From Mycolicibacterium smegmatis (GTDB taxonomy: Bacteria; Actinomycetota; Actinomycetes; Mycobacteriales; Mycobacteriaceae): a stretch of DNA of 32,000 nt. The translations under genes and the position numbers were made by a program. Under the pieces are notes generated by a model. The model saw only the letters and a program-made list of their open reading frames with translations, was not told where the DNA came from and searched no databases. Shown piece by piece: positions 25,193-32,000 of this stretch (positions are counted from its first letter, which is position 1; each line of letters starts with the position of its first letter). The DNA lies in NCBI RefSeq assembly GCF_001457595.1, contig NZ_LN831039.1, forward strand, positions 5,250,001 through 5,282,000, in the 5' to 3' direction.

Positions 25193-26931
25193 CCGGCTCT
25201 CCCCTGACCGCTGCCGCGCTGCTGTTCGCGGCCGTGGCGACCATCGCGATCGGCGCCTACGGCGTGAAGTTCTCGCGCACCACATCCGACTTCCTGGTGG
25301 CCTCGCGCAGCGTCGGGTCACGCTGGAACGCCGCGGCGATCTCGGGTGAATACCTCTCGGCCGCATCATTTCTCGGTGTGGCCGGGTTGATCGCGAAGTA
25401 CGGCGCCGACGCCCTGTGGTATCCCGTGGGTTTCACGGCGGGCTACCTGGGCCTGCTGTTGTTCGTCGCCGCGCCGCTGCGCCGCTCCGGCGCCTATACC
25501 GTGCCCGATTTCGCCGAATTCCGGCTCGGCTCAGTGTGGTTGCGCAAGGTCGCGATGCTGGTCGTCGTGGTGATCTGTGTGTTCTACCTGGCGCCGCAGT
25601 ATCAGGGCGCCGGGCTCGCGCTGAAAACGCTGCTGGGCGCACCGGTCTGGATCGGTCCGCTGCTGGTGGGCGCGATCGTGATCACCAACGTGGTCGCTGG
25701 CGGCATGCGCTCGATCACGTTCGTCCAGGCCTTCCAGTACTGGCTCAAGCTGACCGCGATCGCGATCCCGGCGCTCGCACTGCTCGGTCTGTTCATCAAC
25801 GATCGCGGCGAACTCGGCGGGCCGCTCCCGCCGAGCGTCGAGGAGCAGACCACCGTCGCCATCGACACCGACGTCGTAGTGCGCGTCGTCGAACCGGCCG
25901 GCATCACGGTCACCGGAACCCTCGATGGTCAGGAGGTGGCCGACGCGCCGATCGGCGCACCCGGTGACCACACCCTCGACGCCGGAACCACCCTCACCCT
26001 CGACGCGGGCGCGGCCACCCCGGTGGTCGCGGGCACGCCGAGCACCGGTTCGCAGTGGCTGGCCTCCGGCGGCGGTCTGGGCGGCGGCCACCCGCTGTAT
26101 CAGGTGGTGTCGATCATCGTCGCGACGTTCCTCGGGACGATGGGCCTGCCGCACGTGCTGGTGCGGTTCTACACCAACCCCGACGGGCGGGCCGCGCGAC
26201 GCACGGCGCTGGCGGTGATCGCACTGCTGTCGCTGTTCTACCTGTTCCCGACGCTGCTGGGGGTGTTCTCCCGGTTGTACGTGCCGCAGTTGCTGATCAC
26301 CGGAACCGCTGACGCCGCGGTGCTGCTGGCGCCCGGCGCGGCGATCGGCGGGGCGTTGGGACAACTGCTGGCCGCGCTGGTGGCCGCCGGTGCGATCGCG
26401 GCGTTCCTGGCGACGTCGTCGGGACTGTTGGTGAGCATCGCAGGCGCGCTGGCCACCGACGTGCTGCGGGGGCGGGTGCGTGACTTCCGCGTCGCGGCGG
26501 TGATCGGCGGGATCATCCCGATCCCGTTGTCGCTGTTCGTATCCGGACTCGAACTGTCCCGCAGCGTCGGGCTCGCGTTCGCGGTGGCGGCCTCGACGCT
26601 GTGCCCGCTTCTGGTGCTGGGCATCTGGTGGCGCCGGCTGACCGTGGTGGGCGCGGCCAGCGGGCTGGTGGTCGGCGGGGTGGTGTGCGGCAGCGCCGTG
26701 ATCATCGCGATCGCCGGCGGCGTCGACGAGAACGTCCTGGGCGGTTGGCCCGCGGTGATGATCGGATACCCGGCCGCCGTCAGTGTGCCGCTGGCGTTCC
26801 TGACGATGATCGTCGTCAGCCTGGCCACCCGCACAACACTCAGCGGACCCACCGTCGCGCAGATCTTCGCGCGTATGCACGTACCGGAACGGCTCGGTAT
26901 GGGCGTCGAACGTCTGCCGCAGTCCCGCTGA
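25189..26931 (+). CDS. Sodium:solute symporter family (ActP/MctC-like monocarboxylate symporter) with enlarged loop
   Basis: 580 aa. SSS signatures GEYLSAASFLGVAGLIAKYGADALWYPVGF and GLPHVLVRFYT. It is a paralogue of the ActP at 28552-30183 but has about 55 extra residues after TM6. Confidence 0.9.
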   Translation: MTGSPLTAAALLFAAVATIAIGAYGVKFSRTTSDFLVASRSVGSRWNAAAISGEYLSAASFLGVAGLIAKYGADALWYPVGFTAGYLGLLLFVAAPLRRSGAYTVPDFAEFRLGSVWLRKVAMLVVVVICVFYLAPQYQGAGLALKTLLGAPVWIGPLLVGAIVITNVVAGGMRSITFVQAFQYWLKLTAIAIPALALLGLFINDRGELGGPLPPSVEEQTTVAIDTDVVVRVVEPAGITVTGTLDGQEVADAPIGAPGDHTLDAGTTLTLDAGAATPVVAGTPSTGSQWLASGGGLGGGHPLYQVVSIIVATFLGTMGLPHVLVRFYTNPDGRAARRTALAVIALLSLFYLFPTLLGVFSRLYVPQLLITGTADAAVLLAPGAAIGGALGQLLAALVAAGAIAAFLATSSGLLVSIAGALATDVLRGRVRDFRVAAVIGGIIPIPLSLFVSGLELSRSVGLAFAVAASTLCPLLVLGIWWRRLTVVGAASGLVVGGVVCGSAVIIAIAGGVDENVLGGWPAVMIGYPAAVSVPLAFLTMIVVSLATRTTLSGPTVAQIFARMHVPERLGMGVERLPQSR

Positions 26932-27050
26932 CCGCCGGCGCTACAGGGCCCGTGACGACCCGTCGGAAGCGTACTCGACCAGCGGTGCTTTCCTCGATGA
27001 CACTTATCGCCCTTGGAAGACACCAAGGTTCACGGTCTAGCATCGGCCCC

Positions 27051-28049
27051 ATGCCAACCATGACTGCCATCGGCGCGTTCGACGCGCTGCCCATCGACGA
27101 CCCTAACTCGTTGCAGGACATCACCATCGAGGTGCCCGAACTCCGGCCACACGACGTGCTGGTGCGCGTCGAGGCGGTGTCGGTGAACCCCGTCGACATC
27201 AAGCGCCGGCGCAGCCTGAGCCCGTCAACCGAACCCACCATCCTCGGGTTCGACGCCGCGGGCGTCGCGGAGGCCGTCGGCAGCGAGGTCACCACCCTGT
27301 CCGTCGGCGACGAGGTCTGGTACGCCGGTGACGTCAGCCGGCCCGGCACCAACGCCGACCTGCACGCCGTCGACGAGCGCATCGTCTCGCGCAAACCCCG
27401 CTCACTGTCGTTCCGGGACGCCGCCGCGTTGCCTCTCACCACCATCACCGCATGGGAGACGCTGTTCGAGCGGTTCAACCTCACCGCGGAATCCCAGGGC
27501 GACCTGCTGGTTCTCGGCGCCGCCGGTGGGGTCGGATCGGTCATGATCCAACTGGCCAAGAAGCTCACCGGGGTGCGGGTGATCGCGACCGCGAGCCGCG
27601 ACGAGTCCCGGCAGTGGGCGCGCGACCTGGGCGCCGACGAGGTGATCGACCACCACGATCTGCGCGCACAGGCGCTCGACGTCGCGCCCGACGGTGTCGA
27701 CTACCTGTTCACGCCGTTCTCGGCAGGCAACGTCGACGTGTTCGCCGACATCGTCCGGCCCTTCGGCCACATCACCGCCATCGACGAGCCGGAAGGCCTG
27801 GACCTGGTGGGCCTGAAGACGAAAAGCATTGCGTGGCATTGGGAGTTGATGTTCACGCGGCCGCTCACCGGTTACGACATCGCCGCGCAGCAACGGCTGC
27901 TCGCCGACGCCGCCGATCTGGTGGACCGCGGTGAACTGCGGACGACGCTGACCACGGCCATCGACGGCTTCACGGCGGCGAACCTGCGCGAGGCACACCG
28001 GATGGTCGAGTCCGGTCGCATGGTGGGCAAGGTGGTCGTTTCCCGCTGA
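27051..28049 (+). CDS. Medium-chain dehydrogenase/reductase (zinc-type ADH / quinone-oxidoreductase-like) family protein
   Basis: The track ORF (from 26601) was trimmed to ATG 27051 (alternative ATG 27060). 332 aa. GroES-like N-domain (HDVLVRVEAVSVNPVD) and Rossmann motif LVLGAAGGVGS. It lacks the structural-Zn Cys cluster. Confidence 0.85.
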   Translation: MPTMTAIGAFDALPIDDPNSLQDITIEVPELRPHDVLVRVEAVSVNPVDIKRRRSLSPSTEPTILGFDAAGVAEAVGSEVTTLSVGDEVWYAGDVSRPGTNADLHAVDERIVSRKPRSLSFRDAAALPLTTITAWETLFERFNLTAESQGDLLVLGAAGGVGSVMIQLAKKLTGVRVIATASRDESRQWARDLGADEVIDHHDLRAQALDVAPDGVDYLFTPFSAGNVDVFADIVRPFGHITAIDEPEGLDLVGLKTKSIAWHWELMFTRPLTGYDIAAQQRLLADAADLVDRGELRTTLTTAIDGFTAANLREAHRMVESGRMVGKVVVSR

Positions 28050-28141
28050 TCACGGCCGATCACAGTGCCGTTTAACGTCGATGACCGACCGTTGAGCGCA
28101 GCACTGCCGGGTTTCGGCGTCTGCCCAGCAGGCAATCCCCT

Positions 28142-28154
28142 ATGTGACTCACAT
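28142..28154. promoter_or_regulatory. 13-bp perfect palindrome ATGTGACTCACAT upstream of the DUF485-actP operon
   Basis: Read directly from the sequence. It lies 54 nt upstream of GTG 28208 and just upstream of a possible -10 TAGGTT (28161-28166). Confidence 0.3.
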
Positions 28155-28207
28155 CTCAATTAGGTTCAGTGCGCGAGCCCGCCCACAGTTGACCTTCAGG
28201 AGTCACG

Positions 28208-28555
28208 GTGTCCGAAACCGACCTATCCCCCCGACGCGCGCCCACAAGTGCGCAATTCGTGGCCATGCAGGCCAGCCCCGAATTCAAGGAGCTGCGCAGC
28301 CGGCTGCGGCGCTTCGTGTTCCCCATGACGGCGTTCTTCCTGGTCTGGTACGCCATCTACGTCGCCCTGGGCGCCTTCGCCCACGACTTCATGGCAATCC
28401 AGGTGATCGGCAACATCAACGTCGGCCTGATCATCGGCCTGGGCCAGTTCCTGTCGACGTTCGTCATCACCGGTCTGTACGTCCGGTTCGCCAACCGGGA
28501 ACTCGACCCGCGTGCGGCCGCCATCCGTGAGGAACTGGAAGGACCCGCGCAGTGA
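28208..28555 (+). CDS. DUF485 (YjcH-like) inner-membrane protein
   Basis: 115 aa. AGGAG SD lies 5 nt upstream of GTG 28208. Two TM helices with the family-typical FKELRSRLRRF lead-in. GTGA overlap with actP. Confidence 0.85.
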   Translation: MSETDLSPRRAPTSAQFVAMQASPEFKELRSRLRRFVFPMTAFFLVWYAIYVALGAFAHDFMAIQVIGNINVGLIIGLGQFLSTFVITGLYVRFANRELDPRAAAIREELEGPAQ

Positions 28556-30183
28556 ACGTGACCCTGCATGCCGCCGAGACCGTCGGCAACCCGGCAGCCA
28601 ACATCGGCATCTTCAGCCTCTTCGTCGTCGTCACGCTTTTCGTGGTGATCCGCGCCAGCAAGCGCAACGCCACCGCCACCGAGTTCTTCACCGGCGGTCG
28701 CGGTTTCTCCGGCCCACAGAACGGCATCGCGATCGCCGGTGACTACCTGTCGGCGGCCAGCTTCCTCGGCATCGCGGGCGCCATCGCCGTCTACGGCTAC
28801 GACGGCTTCCTGTACTCGATCGGCTTCCTGGTGGCGTGGCTTGTCGCCCTGCTGCTTGTCGCCGAATTGTTGCGCAACACAGGCAAATTCACGATGGCCG
28901 ATGTGCTGAGCTTTCGGCTCAAGCAGCGCCCGGTCCGCATGGCGGCGGCCACCTCCACGCTGACGGTGTCGCTGTTCTACCTGCTGGCCCAGATGGCGGG
29001 CGCCGGTGGTCTGGTCGCACTGCTGCTCGACGTCAACAGCCGGTCCGGCCAGTCGCTGGTGATCGCCGTCGTCGGCGTCCTGATGATCGTCTACGTCCTG
29101 GTGGGCGGCATGAAGGGCACCACGTGGGTGCAGATCATCAAAGCCGTGCTGCTGATCGCGGGCGCCGGCCTCATGACGGTCATGGTGCTCGTGAAGTTCG
29201 GGATCAACCTCTCCGACATCCTCGGCTCCGCCCAGACCGCGATCTCGGAATCCACCACGCAGGGTGTCGCAAGCCGCGACGTGCTGGCCCCGGGTGCCCA
29301 GTACGGCGGATCGTTCACCTCGCAGATCAACTTCATCTCGCTGGCGCTGGCGCTCGTGCTCGGCACCGCGGGCCTGCCGCACGTGCTGATGCGGTTCTAC
29401 ACCGTGCCGACCGCCAAGGAAGCCCGCCGCTCGGTGGTGTGGGCGATCGCGCTGATCGGCGCCTTCTACCTGTTCACCCTGGTGCTGGGCTACGGTGCGG
29501 CGGCGCTCGTCGGACCCGACCGCATCCTCGGCGCGGCCGGTGGTGTGAACTCGGCGGCCCCGCTGCTGGCGTTCGAACTCGGCGGCGTGATCCTGCTCGG
29601 CATCATCTCCGCGGTCGCGTTCGCCACGATCCTCGCGGTGGTCGCGGGCCTGACCATCACGGCGTCGGCGTCGTTTGCCCACGACGTGTACGCCAGCGTG
29701 CTGAAGTCGCACAAGGTGACCGAGGACGAGCAGGTGCGGGTCTCGCGCATCACCGCGGTGGTGCTGGGCGTCCTCGCGATCGGTCTGGGCATCCTGGCCA
29801 ACGGGCAGAACATCGCGTTCCTGGTGGCGCTGGCGTTCGCGGTCGCGGCCGCGGCCAACCTGCCGACCATCGTGTACTCGCTGTACTGGAAGCGGTTCAA
29901 CACCCGCGGCGCCCTGTGGAGCATGTACGGCGGCCTGATCTCGACGATCGTGCTGATCGTGTTCTCCCCCGCGGTGTCGGGTTCGAAGACCGCGATGATC
30001 CCCGGCGCGGACTTCGACTTCTTCCCGCTGGCCAACCCGGGCATCGTGTCGATCCCGCTGGCGTTCATCCTGGGCATCGTCGGCACGCTGACCTCGCCGG
30101 ATGACGAGGATCCCGCCATCGCCGCCGAGATGGAGGTCCGCTCGCTGACCGGTGTCGGCGCTGAAAAAGCAATTTCACACTGA
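28552..30183 (+). CDS. actP: Cation/acetate (monocarboxylate) symporter, SSS family
   Basis: 543 aa. ActP-like motifs TEFFTGGRGFSGPQNGIAIAGDYLSAASFLGIAGAIA and GLPHVLMRFYT. The canonical DUF485-actP gene pair is present. Confidence 0.9.
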   Translation: MNVTLHAAETVGNPAANIGIFSLFVVVTLFVVIRASKRNATATEFFTGGRGFSGPQNGIAIAGDYLSAASFLGIAGAIAVYGYDGFLYSIGFLVAWLVALLLVAELLRNTGKFTMADVLSFRLKQRPVRMAAATSTLTVSLFYLLAQMAGAGGLVALLLDVNSRSGQSLVIAVVGVLMIVYVLVGGMKGTTWVQIIKAVLLIAGAGLMTVMVLVKFGINLSDILGSAQTAISESTTQGVASRDVLAPGAQYGGSFTSQINFISLALALVLGTAGLPHVLMRFYTVPTAKEARRSVVWAIALIGAFYLFTLVLGYGAAALVGPDRILGAAGGVNSAAPLLAFELGGVILLGIISAVAFATILAVVAGLTITASASFAHDVYASVLKSHKVTEDEQVRVSRITAVVLGVLAIGLGILANGQNIAFLVALAFAVAAAANLPTIVYSLYWKRFNTRGALWSMYGGLISTIVLIVFSPAVSGSKTAMIPGADFDFFPLANPGIVSIPLAFILGIVGTLTSPDDEDPAIAAEMEVRSLTGVGAEKAISH

Positions 30184-30247
30184 CATCACATCTACCGGAC
30201 GCCGGGTGTGGGGATTAGGTCGACGACGCGCAAGCGTTGATCGGGTC

Positions 30248-31453
30248 GTGCCCCACACTCGGCGTTTCTCATTTGCCCTTCTGGCCTATGCCTTCGCGGC
30301 GATCATGGTCGGCACCACACTGCCGACCCCGATGTATGCGCTCTACGCCGAGCACATGAACTTCGCGGTGCTCACCACCACCGTCATCTACGCCACCTAC
30401 GCCGGTGGCGTTCTGTTTGCGTTGCTGCTGTTCGGCCGCTGGTCGGACGCCATCGGCCGACGGCCCATGCTCTTGGCCGGTGTGGCGGCCGCGCTGATCA
30501 GCGCCGGGGTGTTCCTGATGGCCGACTCCGTCCCGGTGCTGCTGATCGGGCGGATCTTCTCGGGCCTGTCGGCGGGCATCTTCACCGGGACCGCGACCGC
30601 GGCCGTCATCGAGGCCGCACCGCCGGCCTGGCGCACCCGCGCCGCCGCGGTCGCCACCGTCGCCAACATCGGCGGCCTGGGCACCGGTCCGCTGCTCGCG
30701 GGTCTGCTGGTCGAATACGCACCCCGACCGTTGCACCTGTCGTTCGTCGTCCACATCGTGATGGCGGTGCTCGCCGGCGCCGCGGTGTTCGCCGTTCCGG
30801 AGACGTCGAGCAGGTCCGGCAGCATCGGCCTGCAGCGGCTCTCGGTGCCGCCCGAGGTGCGCACCGTGTTCGTCATCGCCGCCATCGCCGCGTTCGCCGG
30901 TTTCGCCGTCACGGGGATGTACACGGCGGTCGCACCGTCGTTTCTGTCCAACGTGATCGGCGTCGACAACCACGCCGTCGCCGGTGCGGTCGCCTGCTCG
31001 ATCTTCGCGGCCTCGGCCGTCACACAGGTACTCGCCAACCGGGTCCAACCAGGGCGGGCCGTGGCCGTCGGCTGCGCGATCCTGATCGCCGGCATGCTCA
31101 TTCTCACTGCGGCACTGCTGTTCTCGTCACTGCCCGCACTGATCGCCGCGGCCGTCGTGTCCGGCGTCGGGCAGGGTATGAGCTTCAGCCGGGGGTTGGC
31201 CGCGATCGCTGAGAAGACCCCGCCCGACCGTCGCGCCGAGGTGAGCTCGACCTATTTCGTCGTCGCCTACGTCGCGATCTCGCTGCCCGTGGTCGGTGAG
31301 GGGCTCTCGGCGCAACACTGGGGCCTGCGCCCCGCAGGCATCGCGTTCGCTCTTGCGGTCTGCGTGCTCGCGGTGATCTGTCTGGTGGCCATCCTGGTCG
31401 AGGAATCCCGGCAGAGACGCGCCGAGAGCGCGGAATTGAGTGCTTCTACCTAG
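30248..31453 (+). CDS. MFS transporter (12 TM, unknown substrate)
   Basis: MFS motif A GRWSDAIGRRPMLLAG. The start is uncertain, either GTG 30248 or GTG 30206. The track start 30152 overlaps actP and is unlikely. Confidence 0.78.
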   Translation: MPHTRRFSFALLAYAFAAIMVGTTLPTPMYALYAEHMNFAVLTTTVIYATYAGGVLFALLLFGRWSDAIGRRPMLLAGVAAALISAGVFLMADSVPVLLIGRIFSGLSAGIFTGTATAAVIEAAPPAWRTRAAAVATVANIGGLGTGPLLAGLLVEYAPRPLHLSFVVHIVMAVLAGAAVFAVPETSSRSGSIGLQRLSVPPEVRTVFVIAAIAAFAGFAVTGMYTAVAPSFLSNVIGVDNHAVAGAVACSIFAASAVTQVLANRVQPGRAVAVGCAILIAGMLILTAALLFSSLPALIAAAVVSGVGQGMSFSRGLAAIAEKTPPDRRAEVSSTYFVVAYVAISLPVVGEGLSAQHWGLRPAGIAFALAVCVLAVICLVAILVEESRQRRAESAELSAST

Positions 31454-31489
31454 AGACCCCATCGCCGACGCCCCATAGCGTTTGCTTCC

Positions 31490-32000
31490 ATGACAGCAAA
31501 CGCGATGACGGTGTTCCCCAGCCCGGCCGAGGTGGCGGCGAGCACTCCGCACGACCGTGACCGTGCCATCGACGTCATCCGCATCGTGAGCCTGGTGGGT
31601 GTGGTGCTGGGCCACACGATCATGGCGACCAGCACGATCCGCGACGACGTGTTCATCTGGAGCAACCTGCTCACGGCCTCGCCCGTGTTCCAGGCGCTGA
31701 CCTGGGTGTTCCAGATCATGCCGCTGTTCTTCTTCGCCGGGGTCGCGGCGTGCGTGCAATCGTGGCGGCCCGGCACCGCGTGGGGCGGATGGCTGCTGCG
31801 CCGCTGCACGCGGTTGTACCGCCCGGTGTTCTACTACCTGGCGTTCTGGACCGCCACGCTGGTGGTGCTGCGCGCGATCCTCCCCGTGCACGTATACGAA
31901 CCGATCGCGGGCATCTCGACACAGTTGTTGTGGTTCCTGGGCGCCTACGTCCTGGTGCTGGCCGCCGTGCCACTGCTCGCGCGCATCACCACCACCGGCC
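31490..32000 (+). CDS. Acyltransferase family 3 membrane protein (5' part, truncated by window end)
   Basis: Not in the ORF track because it has no stop within the window. My manual translation from ATG 31490 is open to 32000: MTANAMTVFPSPAEV..RAIDVIRIVSLVGVVLGHT..FQIMPLFFFAGV, a typical acyltransferase_3 N-terminus. Alternative start is ATG 31505. Confidence 0.7.
   Translation, partial: MTANAMTVFPSPAEVAASTPHDRDRAIDVIRIVSLVGVVLGHTIMATSTIRDDVFIWSNLLTASPVFQALTWVFQIMPLFFFAGVAACVQSWRPGTAWGGWLLRRCTRLYRPVFYYLAFWTATLVVLRAILPVHVYEPIAGISTQLLWFLGAYVLVLAAVPLLARITTTG

Noticed and set aside
28142-28154. TGTGA...TCACA half-sites interpreted as a CRP/cAMP receptor protein box.
   Set aside because: CRP-family sites need a 6-nt spacer (TGTGA-N6-TCACA) and here the half-sites are 1 nt apart. 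I kept it only as an unassigned palindromic candidate operator.
1-32000. Search for defence systems, toxin-antitoxin pairs, integrases/transposases, CRISPR arrays, tRNA/rRNA genes or prophage remnants.
   Set aside because: Every substantial ORF could be assigned to metabolic, transport, envelope or two-component functions. Intergenic spaces are short (at most 308 bp) and I saw no repeat-spacer periodicity, terminal inverted repeats or recombinase signatures. Small TA-like ORFs cannot be fully excluded by eye.

Overview
High-GC actinobacterial chromosome, almost certainly a fast-growing Mycobacterium or Mycolicibacterium. From memory, the gene order pimE / phhB / mutT2 / narGHJI plus two Ala/Pro-rich secreted proteins and an HhH-GPD gene mirrors M. 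tuberculosis Rv1156-Rv1164. The window is densely coding core and accessory metabolism. I saw no rRNA, tRNA, CRISPR, IS or prophage features by eye. Minus strand, 749-13723, is one co-directional string: GH3 beta-glucosidase, LacI regulator, GH1 beta-glucosidase, narK, narG, narH, narJ, narI and a PNPOx-like gene. Diverging from it at an AT-rich control region (13724-14031) is a sugar ABC uptake operon with a lipoprotein binding protein and two permeases but no ATPase. Next come mutT2-like NUDIX, pterin-4a-carbinolamine dehydratase, PimE mannosyltransferase, two Ala/Pro-rich secreted proteins, a DUF1059 miniprotein, a nitroreductase and an HhH-GPD protein. The most interesting block is 22526-30183. 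It holds a secreted DUF732 protein, a LytS-type histidine kinase with only one TM helix, a LytTR response regulator, a divergent DUF485-like protein and an ActP-like SSS symporter with an extra ~100-aa loop. An MDR dehydrogenase and a second, canonical DUF485-ActP pair follow. I interpret the first set as a possible split transporter-coupled (transceptor-type) two-component module. This is inference only. The window ends with an MFS transporter and a truncated acyltransferase-3 gene. Many long ORFs in the supplied track are antisense shadows or over-extended N-termini typical of high-GC DNA, and I trimmed or rejected them.
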